In this document: positions 50,152 to 61,642 of the stretch, piece after piece
Layout of the letters: the number at the start of each line of letters is the position of its first letter
Position numbering within the stretch: position 1 is the first letter of the stretch
Origin: Nitrospirales bacterium
GTDB taxonomy: Bacteria > Nitrospirota > Nitrospiria > Nitrospirales > UBA8639
Direction of reading: 5' to 3'
Assembly (NCBI GenBank): GCA_965223295.1
Contig: CBDCWC010000003.1
Location: 1 to 64,000 of the forward strand
DNA length: 64,000 nt
Position numbers and translations under genes: made by a program
Notes under the pieces: model-generated
Seen by the model: the letters and a program-made list of their open reading frames with translations, nothing else
The model's database searches: none
What the model was told of the DNA's origin: nothing

Positions 50152-50673
50152 TTAGTTCGCTTTCGCAAGCGGTCGGGGCTGGGCCTGCGCGGGGCGCGTG
50201 GGGTCTCGTCCGATAGCAATCCGGCCGGTCCGCACCAATTCTTTAATCCCAAGCGGTTGGAGTAAATGAATAATGGCTTGGACTTTCCTTACATCTCCTG
50301 TCACTTCAATCGTATAGCTCGTCGGAGAGGAATCCAGAACATTGGCTCGAAAAATATCGGCAATACGCAGGGCCTCGGCACGATCTTCAGGCCGCGTATG
50401 CACCTTAATCAAGGCCGTCTCACGTTCCACAAACTCGCTCTCACTGATGTCCACCACCTTGATGACATCAATAAGTTTATTGAGCTGCTTCATAATCTGT
50501 TCAATAATGCGGTCATCTCCACTCGTGACAAGGGTCATCATCGAAACCGAAGGGTCCAATGTGGGAGCCACCGACAGACTTTCGATATTAAACCCCCGGC
50601 CACTGAACAAACCTGCCACACGAGATAACGAGCCAAATTTATTTTCTAACGTTAGCGAGATAATATGTTCCAT
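50152..50673 (-). CDS. ilvN: Acetolactate synthase small subunit
   Basis: GLFSGRGFNIESL, KQLNKLIDVIKV, ELVRTG. Confidence 0.96.
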   Translation of the reverse strand: MEHIISLTLENKFGSLSRVAGLFSGRGFNIESLSVAPTLDPSVSMMTLVTSGDDRIIEQIMKQLNKLIDVIKVVDISESEFVERETALIKVHTRPEDRAEALRIADIFRANVLDSSPTSYTIEVTGDVRKVQAIIHLLQPLGIKELVRTGRIAIGRDPTRPAQAQPRPLAKAN

Positions 50674-50686
50674 AATACTGATGTCT

Positions 50687-52462
50687 CTAGGCAGTGAGCA
50701 CTGTATCCGAACCCGCCTGGGTCGCTTTCTTATGTGTGGATTGCGGTTTCTTTAGATCTTCAGGATCTTCTAACAACATCTCATGATTGCACCCTCCAGC
50801 GGGGATCATGGGATAACAATTTTCATATTGATAGACAGGCACATCGACAAACACTGGCCGATCAATTGCGAGAGCTTCTTGAATCCCTGCATCCACATCT
50901 CCAACCGTTTCGATGCGAAGACCCGCGGCCCCATACGCCTCTGCTAATTTGACAAAGTCCGGCACTGCACCAAGATTACTTGAAGCATAACGCCCTTCAT
51001 AGAATAAATCTTGCCATTGGCGAACCATGCCATGGAAACGATTATTAATCACAAACACCTTAACCGGCAATTTTTCTATCACAGCCGTGGCGAGCTCTTG
51101 AGTATTCATTTGAATACTGCCATCTCCCGCCACACACAACACCAACCGGTCAGGAAACGCCGCTTGTGCACCCATGGCCGCAGGCAACCCAAATCCCATT
51201 GTTCCCAAGCCACCAGATGTTAACCATGTCCGTGGGTTTTTGAGTTTGAAATATTGCGCGGCCCACATTTGATGCTGACCGACATCAGTGGCCAAAATTG
51301 GATCGCGATCTGCCGTCATTTCATATAACCGGTCAATCAGATACTGTGGTTTAATTTGAGCCTCCGGTTCTTGGGTATAGGCTAAGGGATGCTCTTGTTG
51401 CCAAGCGGTAAGCTGATCCCACCAAGGCTTCCGTTGCTCCTTTTGATTGCCATTCACCGTCGCCCGAAGAATATTATTCAACTCAGTCACGACACGTTTA
51501 CAGTCACCGACAATCGGAATATCCACGTGAATATTTTTCCGAATTGACGTGGGATCAATGTCAATGTGAATAATTTTTGCGGTCGGACAAAATTCCGAAA
51601 CTTTTCCCGTCACGCGATCATCAAACCGCGCCCCCACTGCAATGACCAAATCCGAGTAATGCATAGCCATGTTCGCGACATAGGTTCCATGCATGCCTAA
51701 CATACCCAAGGACAATGGATGAGTTCCCGGGAAAGACCCTAAAGCCATCAGGGTCATATCCACAGGAATTTGTGTCATTTCCGCGAGTTCCTGGACTTCA
51801 GCCGACGCTCCTGAAAACTGCACTCCGCCCCCAATATACAAAATCGGCCGTTTGGACTTCATAATTGCATCAGCCGCCTGTTTAATCTTCCATTTACTCC
51901 CATCATACGTTGGGTTATACCCACGAATCGCAACCGATTTTGGATAATGGAACTCTCCAGTATCCATAGAAATATCTTTTGGAATATCGACTAACACGGG
52001 ACCAGGCCGCCCTGTCGATGCGATATAAAACGCCTCCTTAATGGTCTGAGCTAAATCATTCACATCTTTGACCAAAAAATTATATTTGGTACAAGGACGG
52101 CTCAAGCCGGTATTGTCAGCTTCCTGAAAGGCATCATTCCCAATCATTCCGCTAGGAACCTGGCCGGAAAAACACACCATCGGCACAGAATCCATATAGG
52201 CATCGGCCAAGGCCGTAATCACATTGGTCATCCCAGGGCCAGATGTAATTAAGGCAACACCAGGTCTCCCAGTCGCTTTGGCATACCCTTCTGCCATGTG
52301 CCCGGCCCCTTGCTCATGGCGAGTCAAAATGACGCGAATATCTTTTTGCTGATGCAGCACATCAAAAATTTTTAGGACCACACCACCTGGCAACGCAAAA
52401 ATCGTATCGACACCTTCACGTTTTAACGATTCTAGAAAAATTTCTGCACCAGTCAGTTGCAT
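50687..52462 (-). CDS. ilvB: Acetolactate synthase large subunit
   Basis: [30 protein letters not shown]. Confidence 0.97.
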   Translation of the reverse strand: MQLTGAEIFLESLKREGVDTIFALPGGVVLKIFDVLHQQKDIRVILTRHEQGAGHMAEGYAKATGRPGVALITSGPGMTNVITALADAYMDSVPMVCFSGQVPSGMIGNDAFQEADNTGLSRPCTKYNFLVKDVNDLAQTIKEAFYIASTGRPGPVLVDIPKDISMDTGEFHYPKSVAIRGYNPTYDGSKWKIKQAADAIMKSKRPILYIGGGVQFSGASAEVQELAEMTQIPVDMTLMALGSFPGTHPLSLGMLGMHGTYVANMAMHYSDLVIAVGARFDDRVTGKVSEFCPTAKIIHIDIDPTSIRKNIHVDIPIVGDCKRVVTELNNILRATVNGNQKEQRKPWWDQLTAWQQEHPLAYTQEPEAQIKPQYLIDRLYEMTADRDPILATDVGQHQMWAAQYFKLKNPRTWLTSGGLGTMGFGLPAAMGAQAAFPDRLVLCVAGDGSIQMNTQELATAVIEKLPVKVFVINNRFHGMVRQWQDLFYEGRYASSNLGAVPDFVKLAEAYGAAGLRIETVGDVDAGIQEALAIDRPVFVDVPVYQYENCYPMIPAGGCNHEMLLEDPEDLKKPQSTHKKATQAGSDTVLTA

Positions 52463-52722
52463 GATCCTCACCTTTTGTTTAAAAGACTGTTGAATGGTAT
52501 GCCCAAAATTCTCGTACTCAAGCTACTCCTCGTACAACCTTCATGTCGTGCTGGTGAGGAACCCTTCTTATAGACGGAATCCCTCAAAAATAAATACGTA
52601 ATCGTAATCCTTGCTGTTTTTTTAAGTCAACAAGTATTGTAGCAGGATTTTTGTCATTACGGAATATACGCGAGAAGACCCTTCAGCACCCACCCCACAC
52701 CCAAAAAGGAACCTGTCCATTC

Positions 52723-53886
52723 ATGTGGGAGGCAAAACTCAGACAGTTATCCCAAGATCACTTATTGCGAGAACTATCCGTTACCTACTCGGCATGTGGT
52801 CCGGTTGTCTCAGTAGATGGAGAAAAAACTCTTCTTTTCGCCTCAAATGATTACCTAGGGCTGGCCAATCACCACGAAGTCAAACTTGCAGCCATTGGGG
52901 CCATCAAGCAATTTGGCGTGGGTACTGGTTCTTCTCGATTAATTTCTGGAACACGAACCTCCCATCACTTGCTCGAACAAGACTTAGCACAATTCACCAA
53001 AAGCGAAGCGGCACTCACGTTTTCGTCAGGATACACCACAAATCTAGGAGTTCTTCCTCGTGTTGCCAATGCAGAGGGACTGATCCTTGTCGACCGGTTG
53101 TGTCATGCCAGCCTGATTGATGCCTGCCGTCTGAGCCAAGCCACGCTTCGAGTGTTTCATCACAACGATATCGAGCATCTTCGAACTCTTTTAGGCAAAC
53201 GTCCAATTCGTCAACCAACCGTACTCGTCACCGAAGGAGTCTTCAGTATGGATGGTGATCTTGCGCCCCTGCCTGAACTCGTGACATTGGCGGAAGAATT
53301 CGAGGCAACTCTGCTCATTGATGATGCTCACGGAACGGGCGTTTTCGGCGCAACCGGAGGCGGAACGCTAGAACATTTTGGAATAGAAGAAGCCTCACAT
53401 ATTCTTCATATGGGGACCCTGAGTAAAGCCGTAGGCACTAGTGGTGGATTCATTACCGGGAACAAAAATTTTATTTCCTATCTTATTAATACGTCACGAT
53501 CTTTCATCTATAGTACCGCCCCTCCTCCAGCCATCACCGCCGCAGCAAGGACAGCCATACAGCTGATTCAGCAAGAACCCGAAAGACGTACTAAGCTTTG
53601 GAACAATCGGAACCACATGTATCACGGCTTACAAGCCATGGGCTGCCGAATGCCTCCAACACAAAGCCCCATACTCCCGATCATTGTGAATGATCCTGAA
53701 CTCGCCGTGGATATGAGCCGCCAGTTACGCGAAAAAGGCCTCTACATTCCTGCTATCCGTCCTCCTACGGTTCCCAAAGGCACTAGCCGCCTCCGAGTGA
53801 CCGTCACAGCCGAACATTCTCAGGAACATATCGATTCTGCTCTTCAAATCATCCAACAACTTGGTCATTCCCTCAAAATCTTCTAA
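52723..53886 (+). CDS. bioF: 8-amino-7-oxononanoate synthase
   Basis: SNDYLGL, HASLID, EGVFSMDGD, DDAH, TLSKA, IRPPTVP. Confidence 0.93.
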   Translation: MWEAKLRQLSQDHLLRELSVTYSACGPVVSVDGEKTLLFASNDYLGLANHHEVKLAAIGAIKQFGVGTGSSRLISGTRTSHHLLEQDLAQFTKSEAALTFSSGYTTNLGVLPRVANAEGLILVDRLCHASLIDACRLSQATLRVFHHNDIEHLRTLLGKRPIRQPTVLVTEGVFSMDGDLAPLPELVTLAEEFEATLLIDDAHGTGVFGATGGGTLEHFGIEEASHILHMGTLSKAVGTSGGFITGNKNFISYLINTSRSFIYSTAPPPAITAAARTAIQLIQQEPERRTKLWNNRNHMYHGLQAMGCRMPPTQSPILPIIVNDPELAVDMSRQLREKGLYIPAIRPPTVPKGTSRLRVTVTAEHSQEHIDSALQIIQQLGHSLKIF

Positions 53887-54125
53887 ATCTCTCCCTTACA
53901 TCCTCATCAACAGCGATTTTTTGAGGTTTCTTCTTCTGAACAGCCGCAAATTTGCTTAAATTTTAACTAGTCAACAAACAAAAAAGCTTCTCATTCAAGA
54001 AAATCCTGTTCTATTCCGACAAGATGAGCAGGAATGCTACAGGTCCCCAGTCAATGTCCAGGAACAATTCGCCTCAGGGAGGTCATGGCTACCCCCTTAT
54101 CATCAGCGAGAGATAGAGATCTATT

Positions 54126-56126
54126 GTGAAAGCTCAAATATCAAAACAGCTTTTTGCAGGAAAGTTTGAAATACAGGGAGAAATTGCCAAGGGTCAAACC
54201 GGAACAATTTTGTATGGCTATGACCTTGGATTGCGACAGGAAGTGGCCATCAAAGTCTATCATTCCCATATCAACGGCCGATTGGTTCGAGGCAAAACCT
54301 TTATCGAAAAATCAAAGCCCCTTCTCCTGATCGATCACCCAAACCTCATTAAAATTTTTAATGTCGAAGAACTAGAAGATAACCCTGTCGTCTTCATGGA
54401 ATTCTTCGATGCTCCCAGTCTCCAGCACATCATTCAGGAGCAGGGTCGGCTTTCAGTCCAAAACATGCTCATGCTGGCTCGAGAGATCGCGGATGTTCTC
54501 GTTCATACGCACTTTCAAGGCATTATCCATGGAACCCTCCATCCAGGCCATGTGTTGGTTGGTCCTCAAGGTCAGGTTAAGGTCACGGACCTGGGTTTAT
54601 CCTGGATCCTGATGGATATTTTACCCAATTGCGAGCCAGAGCTTCTTAGACCCTTGCCATACTTCCCTCCGGAAATTGCGAAGGGAGAACTACTGAATGT
54701 CAGTAGTGATCTATATTGCCTGGGCTTCATGATGTACGAAATGTTAACCGGCACCGTGCCTTACGCCGGACTGCCAAAAACTTCGATCATGGGCAAATTA
54801 GCTTTTGATCAGACTGACCCTGCATTTGACTTTCCCGATACAGTCCCAGAAGTCGTTTGCGACCTCATTCGGGATATGAGTCGGAACAACGCACATGAGC
54901 GGATACAAGATGCGACTCAGGTCCTCACCATTATCAATCAACAATTAGCTAAACTCACACAGACCGAGGAACTCTCCTCTTCGCAGCCTGAAGAAACGAC
55001 TGCAACATCAACAGCACAGACCCTCCCTCCGACAGCTATTGAAGCACACAATAGCCCGGAAGCACCAAAAACCGTTACACCACCAGCCCCAGATAGACCA
55101 TCGCCAAAAAAATCGCCCACAGTTCAACGCCCAAAAAGCTTAGTGGACTATGGCAAAGCCCAAAAAGCTGAAAAGTCACGTAAAATTGGAATTGCCATTG
55201 TCGTTATCTTGTTACTTGGAATAGCCGGTTCACTCGGATACTGGTATCGCGACTATCTAGAAACTCAGCTCTCAGCTTTCCAAGTACAGCTAGAACCTGC
55301 ATCGCCAGCCGCAGGGTCACCCCAACGCACACCAAACGAAAATGAGATGACGATCATTCCAACTCAAGATGCGGTACATGGTCAGGAGGCCCAGACAGGA
55401 GGAGACGCCCTCACGCAAGAAACCTCTCAGGATCCATCAGAGTCATCTCGTCTTCCAACAAAGGAACAGCCTGCTTCCATAGAGCCTTCAACCCCTGTCC
55501 AAACCCTGCCACCTAAGCGGATTCCTACAAGTTCAGTTGTGGTGACTCCGCCATCTGAGAAAGGCACTAAGAACATACTACCTCCTCAACCAGCAACATC
55601 CAAAGTGCCACCGCCACAATCTGTGATGCCCGTGACAAAACCACCAAGCTCCAAACCGGTGTCACCACCTGTGCCACAACAACTGCCAGCAAAGACTCCT
55701 GCTGCTTCAGACTTAGTGCCTCCTCCCTCAGAAAAAAGCGCAAAGAATATACCACCACGTCAGCCAACAACACCCAAAGCATTACCGCAACAATCTGTGA
55801 CGCCAAAGACTAAAGCCCCTATCACTAAACCGACGCCACCACCCGTTCAACAACACTTGCCGACCAGTGCCCCGCCAGCTTCAGATGTCGTCGTCCCACC
55901 AATTACGAAACCTTTAACAGACGAAACGACAAAAAAACCTGCTTCGATAGAGCCCCCCACAGAAACGATCAGTCAAAAAAAAGAATCTACTAGTTCGACA
56001 CCGCCATCCATAGATGAGACTCCCCCACCCATTCTCAACGAAACTAAAAAAATACTCGAACCCATCGATCCCTCGGCCACACAACGTTCCTCAGCCACCA
56101 AGAAACCTCCCGTTGAAAAACCTTAA
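54126..56126 (+). CDS. Membrane Hanks-type Ser/Thr kinase-fold protein with Pro-rich tail (probable pseudokinase)
   Basis: VAIK, HPNLI, DLG, PPE, SDLYCLG; catalytic loop HGTLHPGH; one TM helix. Confidence 0.85.
   Translation: MKAQISKQLFAGKFEIQGEIAKGQTGTILYGYDLGLRQEVAIKVYHSHINGRLVRGKTFIEKSKPLLLIDHPNLIKIFNVEELEDNPVVFMEFFDAPSLQHIIQEQGRLSVQNMLMLAREIADVLVHTHFQGIIHGTLHPGHVLVGPQGQVKVTDLGLSWILMDILPNCEPELLRPLPYFPPEIAKGELLNVSSDLYCLGFMMYEMLTGTVPYAGLPKTSIMGKLAFDQTDPAFDFPDTVPEVVCDLIRDMSRNNAHERIQDATQVLTIINQQLAKLTQTEELSSSQPEETTATSTAQTLPPTAIEAHNSPEAPKTVTPPAPDRPSPKKSPTVQRPKSLVDYGKAQKAEKSRKIGIAIVVILLLGIAGSLGYWYRDYLETQLSAFQVQLEPASPAAGSPQRTPNENEMTIIPTQDAVHGQEAQTGGDALTQETSQDPSESSRLPTKEQPASIEPSTPVQTLPPKRIPTSSVVVTPPSEKGTKNILPPQPATSKVPPPQSVMPVTKPPSSKPVSPPVPQQLPAKTPAASDLVPPPSEKSAKNIPPRQPTTPKALPQQSVTPKTKAPITKPTPPPVQQHLPTSAPPASDVVVPPITKPLTDETTKKPASIEPPTETISQKKESTSSTPPSIDETPPPILNETKKILEPIDPSATQRSSATKKPPVEKP
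55548..55895 (+). repeat. Intragenic 174-bp (58-aa) tandem duplication
   Basis: PPSEKGTKNI..PAASDLV repeated as PPSEKSAKNI..PPASDVV. Confidence 0.8.
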
Positions 56127-56203
56127 ATGCATCCTCACTGGAAACACTGAATCCTCTCGATTCATGCTCTTTTCTCTGGAAAACTGTCCACCAAAACAAT
56201 AAA

Positions 56204-56389
56204 GGGACTGTTGAATAATTCAATTTCAAGTTACGAAAACGTGTGCAGTGGAGACTTCGATGCGACGGGAATGGTCAAAAAATTCCATCCAGCAAGGCCG
56301 CAGCCATTTTTGCGCGCGGAGCGTACTGGTCTTACGTGAGCACGGAACAATGGCGAGAACGCCGCTGGCGGCTTTTTTTCAACGTTCCC
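56204..56389 (+). mobile_element. MITE-like repeat, copy 3
   Basis: Imperfect terminal inverted repeats GGGACTGTTGAATAA / TTTTTCAACGTTCCC; shares core with 28687 and left arm with 5894. Confidence 0.75.
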
Positions 56390-56491
56390 ATAAGGTGAAC
56401 CCTAAATGCATTGTCCCGTCTTTCAATCATCTCCTATAATTGAATGAAATCTCCTCAAGAATTTGTTTATGTCTCATGATCGAAGTTATTC

Positions 56492-58019
56492 GTGCTAGCC
56501 AAAGTCCATAGCTTGGGATTAGTCGGGCTGGAAGCCAACCCCATTGAAATTGAGGTGGACATTGGTGGAGGGTTGCCACAATTTTCCATTGTCGGATTAC
56601 CCGATACCACCGTACGCGAGAGTCGGGATCGAGTCCGGTCCGCGCTCAAAAATACCGGCTTTCGGTTCCCTCCCAAAAAAATTACGATCAATTTAGCGCC
56701 GGCTGGAATCAAGAAAGAGGGCGCAGGATTAGAGTTGGGCATTGCCATCGGTCTTCTGGTCGCAGAGGGCATTCTCACTCAAGAATCAGTCGAAACCTAC
56801 CTGTTCGTCGGTGAATTAGCTCTGGATGGGCGCATCAAGGCAGTACCTGGGGCGCTCTCCATGGCTATTGCGACCCATGCTCCACAGGCTCTCATTTTGC
56901 CTCAGGAATAGTGCTCTACAGGCCAGCATGGTCGAGCATGCCACTGTTTTTGGCGTACACACACTGCCTCAAGTTGTTGAATTTCTCCAAGGGGCGCTTG
57001 CGCTAACGCCCATCACCACCCATGCAGAAGCCTTTGAACGACAATCCCTGCCCATTGACGAGAATTTTGCTGATGTTGTGAGCCAATTCCAAGCTAAACG
57101 TGCGATGGAAGTGGCTGCGGCTGGTGGACACAATCTCCTGATGGTTGGACCTCCCGGCTCAGGGAAAACCATGTTAGCTCAACGGCTTACAGGGATCCTG
57201 CCGCCCATGAGTTTTCAGGAATGCCTAGAAGCCAGTCAGGTCCATAGCGTGGCCGGGCATCTACCAACCACATTGCCCCTCCTAACTACCCGACCGTTTC
57301 GTGCCCCACATCACACCATTTCCGAAGCCGGCTTGGTGGGAGGAGGCTCTATCCCTAAACCTGGCGAAGTGTCTCTTGCTCATCATGGCGTCCTCTTTCT
57401 GGATGAAGCTTTAGAATTTAGCCGTCCCCTACTGGATAGTTTGCGACAACCACTAGAAAATGGCACAGTGACACTTACGCGCGCGCAAGCCAGTTTGACT
57501 TATCCGGCTAAGCTCATGTTGGTTGTCGCCATGAACCCATGTCCTTGCGGCTACTGCGGGGATCCCACACATGAATGTGTCTGTACACCCCACCAGATTC
57601 GTCGATATCGTAGCCGCCTGTCAGGCCCGCTCCTTGATCGACTGGATATTCATATTGAAGTACCCGCTGTTCCGGTCAAGGAACTCTCAGGCACCACTTT
57701 GGGAGAAAACTCCACCCACATTCGGGAACGAGTTGTTCAGGCCCGCCAACGCCAACTCGCGCGTTACCATGATGACCAGACGCTCAATAATGCACAACTG
57801 AAGCCTCGACTCGTGAAAAAATATTGTGCGTTAGATGCAGAGGGAAAAACCTTATTAGAACAAGCCGTCACCCAACTAGGGCTGTCGGCTCGCGCCTATG
57901 GCCGAATTTTACGGGTTTCCCGAACGATTGCTGATCTGGCACAATCCGAAGTCATTCAACCACCTCATGTCGCCGAGGCCATCCTCTACCGCAATTTGGA
58001 CCGTCCTCTAACGTCCTGA
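56492..58019 (+). pseudogene. comM: ComM/YifB Mg-chelatase-like AAA+ ATPase split by one frameshift near 56905
   Basis: IVGLPDTTVRESRDRV..GELALDG in one frame; GPPGSGKTM, HHGVLFLDE, AMNPCPCG, SGPLLDRLD in the next. Confidence 0.85.
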
Positions 58020-58029
58020 GACCTATCCA

Positions 58030-58248
58030 ATGGAATCTTTTAGAATATTTCGCTGGTGGTTTATGATTGGGGCTTTGATGGCGCTGGCCGTTATCATGAT
58101 TCAAGGTGGTGTCCGAGACTTAATGTTGGCCAAAGAACCCTTCTGGGAAATACAAATGGTCGAACTCATTCCTCCGATTTTTGGTGGCGGACTGTTGGGG
58201 GGCTGCATTGCGTTAATCCTGAATCGCATTAAGAAATCATCTCCTTGA
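58030..58248 (+). CDS. Hypothetical 2-TM protein
   Basis: 72 aa ORF directly after comM, two hydrophobic helices. Confidence 0.6.
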   Translation: MESFRIFRWWFMIGALMALAVIMIQGGVRDLMLAKEPFWEIQMVELIPPIFGGGLLGGCIALILNRIKKSSP

Positions 58249-58369
58249 TGCTTGGCTCACTTAAAATTTTCCAGGAAATTTCCTCTAGCCAGCAATTGCA
58301 CCTGGCCAGTACAATAGTAAGCTTATTAAGCCAAATTTCATAAATTATGGGTTCTCAGAAGGAGGCATT

Positions 58370-58807
58370 GTGGGGATGGATGTGAAAGTAGGGCCGCATT
58401 GGTATCGTAATTCAAATGGGACGGTGGAAATTGAAGGGCTTCCCCAAATTGAAATGGAACTCCGGAAAACCGGCGAGGTCCCAATCAGAGTTAACTTTGC
58501 CATTTTTGATTCTGGTGGAAAACTGCATGCCAAAATTGAATCGAATTCTCTTGTGATTAATGAACAAGGCGCGTATCAATTAGAACGCTCCGCCAAGGGT
58601 CTCGCCTTAACCAAAACCAGCGACCAAACACGCGTACTCGCTATTAATGTAGGCGAAAATGACCAGGTGGAAATTCCGGAGGGTGAGTTTTATACCCTGA
58701 AGGGCCACATCATCAAGATCACCCCTCGAGAATGGTCCGTGGAAAAAACCACGGAAACGGCAGGCGAAACGGATATGCAAGGACAACCCGTTGCCGTTGG
58801 GGCGTAA
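58370..58807 (+). CDS. Hypothetical protein
   Basis: 145 aa ORF, GGAGG RBS, beta-rich composition. Confidence 0.7.
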   Translation: MGMDVKVGPHWYRNSNGTVEIEGLPQIEMELRKTGEVPIRVNFAIFDSGGKLHAKIESNSLVINEQGAYQLERSAKGLALTKTSDQTRVLAINVGENDQVEIPEGEFYTLKGHIIKITPREWSVEKTTETAGETDMQGQPVAVGA

Positions 58808-58871
58808 CCCTTAGAAACTGTATCCGAAACGGATAGCGAAGTTACCGCCTCGACTCTATCAATCTATTACA

Positions 58872-59078
58872 TTAAATCTCTGCTGCCGGAGCATGACAAC
58901 GGCCTTCGCATATCGCACACATTCGCGAAGTCACTCCTTCACCAACACTGGCTGGCCCTAACGAACAATTTAAGTCTAACGCCACGACATCTGTGCCTTG
59001 GAACGTCCACAAACGGCCGCATTTCTGGCAACAATACCAGAGAGTATAGCCTGGCCATTCTCGATCACGTACTGCCAT
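58872..59078 (-). CDS. Small Cys-rich putative zinc-ribbon protein
   Basis: CCQKCG and CAICEGRC motifs. Confidence 0.55.
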   Translation of the reverse strand: MAVRDREWPGYTLWYCCQKCGRLWTFQGTDVVALDLNCSLGPASVGEGVTSRMCAICEGRCHAPAAEI

Positions 59079-59121
59079 CAGTCATATTTCTTTCTGAAAG
59101 GCCAATGGGCTTCTCCAATAT

Positions 59122-59367
59122 TTACTCAGAAGCTGAATCCCTTGCCAGCAAAACTTGCACTTTCTGAGGGACCGTCTGCAGCCATTCTTCGAAAGGCTCA
59201 TCCGCATCCACCACAATCTCAATCTTGCCATTGGCTAACCGCCGCACAACTCCTGGCCGTTCAGGGGAAAGGGGAATTTCCACCGCTTCACGTGAGATCT
59301 CTAATTGATCAGTCAACTCCAATATCTGTGAAATCTGTTGAAATGAAACGGCTGGGAAAGCACTCAC
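59122..59367 (-). CDS. Hypothetical protein
   Basis: GGAG RBS + GTG start, about 81 aa, acidic globular composition. Confidence 0.6.
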   Translation of the reverse strand: MSAFPAVSFQQISQILELTDQLEISREAVEIPLSPERPGVVRRLANGKIEIVVDADEPFEEWLQTVPQKVQVLLARDSASE

Positions 59368-59452
59368 GGTATCTCCGCTATCCTCAATAGACCAAAAATT
59401 GTAGAAAGGTCCTGGCTTCCTGTCAACGAACCTCAATTCGTCGAACCATGTA

Positions 59453-60487
59453 TCAATCCGCAAACACCTTGGCAAACACGTGACCGGCTCGATTCATATC
59501 TTCCTGGCTGACATCTAAATGTGTCACAGCCCGAAACGCCCGCTCACCTACCGCATTCAGCAATACTCCGGAATGACGACAATCCTCGAGCAATTGTTCT
59601 GTGGACTTTATTGACTGGGGGACTTGAAACAGCACCATATTGGTTTCGACGGCATCCACATCAACTGTGACAGCAGAAATCTCTTGAAGCAGGTGGGCTA
59701 AATGTTTGGCATGTTCATGGTCTTCAGCCAAGCGCGTCACATGATGCTCCAACGCATAAAGACCCGCCGCGGCTAAAATCCCGACCTGCCGCATCCCGCC
59801 ACCAAACATTTTCCGCAACCGACGGAGGCGTTCAATACGTGTGGCATCCGACAATACCAACGATCCCACAGGCGCCCCCAACCCTTTCGACAAACAAAAT
59901 GACACCGTATCAAATGGAGCCGCATACTCTGCAACCAACATCCCTGTTTTTGCGGAGGCATTAAATAACCGGGCCCCATCCAAATGCAGCGCCAGATCAT
60001 ATCTGCGTGCAAGAGCCGTCAACTGCTGAATAGTCTCCATGGGATAGATCGATCCCCCACCCACATTATGCGTCTGTTCCAAACACAAGAGAGTCGTAGG
60101 CGGTGTATGTAAATCCGGGCGGCGTATGGCTCGTTCAACCGCTTCAGGCGATAACACTCCTCGGCTTCCTAAAACAGGACACAATTGGACTCCCGACATG
60201 GTCGAAGCCGACCCACCCTCATAACGGAGAATATGTGCGGAACTTTCAACAATCACTTCATCCCCAGGTTGTGTATGCAATCGAATGCACAATTGATTGC
60301 CCATGACCCCAGTCGGCACAAACAGCCCAGCTTCTTTCCCTAACAATTTGGCAGCCATCGTTTCCAAACGATTGACAGTAGGATCTTCCCCATAGACATC
60401 ATCACCCACATCCGCAGCGGCCATGGCCTGCCGCATGCCAGCGGTGGGTTTCGTCACAGTATCGCTTCGTAAATCAATCACGTTCAT
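59453..60487 (-). CDS. ltaE: Low-specificity L-threonine aldolase
   Basis: [49 protein letters not shown]. Confidence 0.95.
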   Translation of the reverse strand: MNVIDLRSDTVTKPTAGMRQAMAAADVGDDVYGEDPTVNRLETMAAKLLGKEAGLFVPTGVMGNQLCIRLHTQPGDEVIVESSAHILRYEGGSASTMSGVQLCPVLGSRGVLSPEAVERAIRRPDLHTPPTTLLCLEQTHNVGGGSIYPMETIQQLTALARRYDLALHLDGARLFNASAKTGMLVAEYAAPFDTVSFCLSKGLGAPVGSLVLSDATRIERLRRLRKMFGGGMRQVGILAAAGLYALEHHVTRLAEDHEHAKHLAHLLQEISAVTVDVDAVETNMVLFQVPQSIKSTEQLLEDCRHSGVLLNAVGERAFRAVTHLDVSQEDMNRAGHVFAKVFAD

Positions 60488-60589
60488 TGGCGCTCTCCCT
60501 AAACTACCTCCTCTGAAAGAGCTATATTCTAGGCAACCGCTCGCAAACACACAAGATTTTACGATCACCTTGCTTTACAATGCGTATTC

Positions 60590-61453
60590 ATGAAGCCAAG
60601 ACTGTTAGTCACGGGCGGAGCGGGGTTTTTAGGATCCCACCTCTTAAAAAAGGCAACAAATTTTACAGCGGCCGGAACATTACACCAGACGGCCTCTACA
60701 GCCATACCGAACACGACATTTCACGTCTGCGACCTTCAACAACCCGGAAATGTCCGTACCCTACTAGATCGAGTAGCACCCGAAATTATCATTCATACCG
60801 CCTGCTCTGACCAAGGCGGCAATTTGACTGCAATTGCTCCTGTTGCCGGACTTCTGGCCATGCATTCTGCGGAACGACACATTCGATTCATTCATCTATC
60901 AACCGATCAAGTCTTTGACGGGACGGCAGCACCCTATACCGAATCCAGCCCAACAACACCCATCCATCCCTATGGCACAGCCAAGGCCGAAGCAGAAACG
61001 CTGGTTCAGACTCTGTACCCCCAAGCGACCATTGTTCGCACCTCTTTGCTGTACGATTTACAGGCCCCAGACCGTCACACCCGGCAGTTAATTCAGACAA
61101 CCCAAACCAGTCAACCTTACCGCCTCTTTATCGATGAATGGCGCAGCCCACTGTGGGTCGAAAATCTCACTGATGCCTTACTGGAACTATCTCGTATTGA
61201 GAGCCCAGGACTCTTACATCTGGGTGGGCCTCAACCGATAAACCGATGGGATCTAGGCATGCAACTACTGCAACACTTTGAGGTCCAACCAACACCTAAT
61301 ATCCAGCAAGGCCTCATCGAAGAATCCGGTCTTGTGCGGCCAAAAGATCTTACTCTGAACTCCACACCTGCCCAATGCCTTCTCCACACTCCATTCCTCT
61401 CGTTTGCAGAATCTTGCGAAAAATTCTGCAACCAGCACCCTCACGCCCAATAG
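60590..61453 (+). CDS. RfbD/RmlD-like extended SDR oxidoreductase
   Basis: TGGAGFLG, STDQVFDG, YGTAK. Confidence 0.85.
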   Translation: MKPRLLVTGGAGFLGSHLLKKATNFTAAGTLHQTASTAIPNTTFHVCDLQQPGNVRTLLDRVAPEIIIHTACSDQGGNLTAIAPVAGLLAMHSAERHIRFIHLSTDQVFDGTAAPYTESSPTTPIHPYGTAKAEAETLVQTLYPQATIVRTSLLYDLQAPDRHTRQLIQTTQTSQPYRLFIDEWRSPLWVENLTDALLELSRIESPGLLHLGGPQPINRWDLGMQLLQHFEVQPTPNIQQGLIEESGLVRPKDLTLNSTPAQCLLHTPFLSFAESCEKFCNQHPHAQ

Positions 61454-61642
61454 GGCGTCAGGATAACCCTCACTACAAGCAAAAACTAATCTCAAAGATT
61501 CAAGATCTAAGTATGAGAACCGAAAAGAAGAGTGGCATGTGATTGGCCATCTCGACTGAGGACGTGAAGAAAACTTCCTCACCAAACATAGGCAGTCAGA
61601 TGGCCCATTATTATCAACCTCAGTTCAATTGAGGATCAATCT

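Noticed and set aside
52472-52722. Attenuator leader peptide upstream of ilvB
   Set aside because: No convincing Ile/Leu/Val-rich uORF with a terminator hairpin
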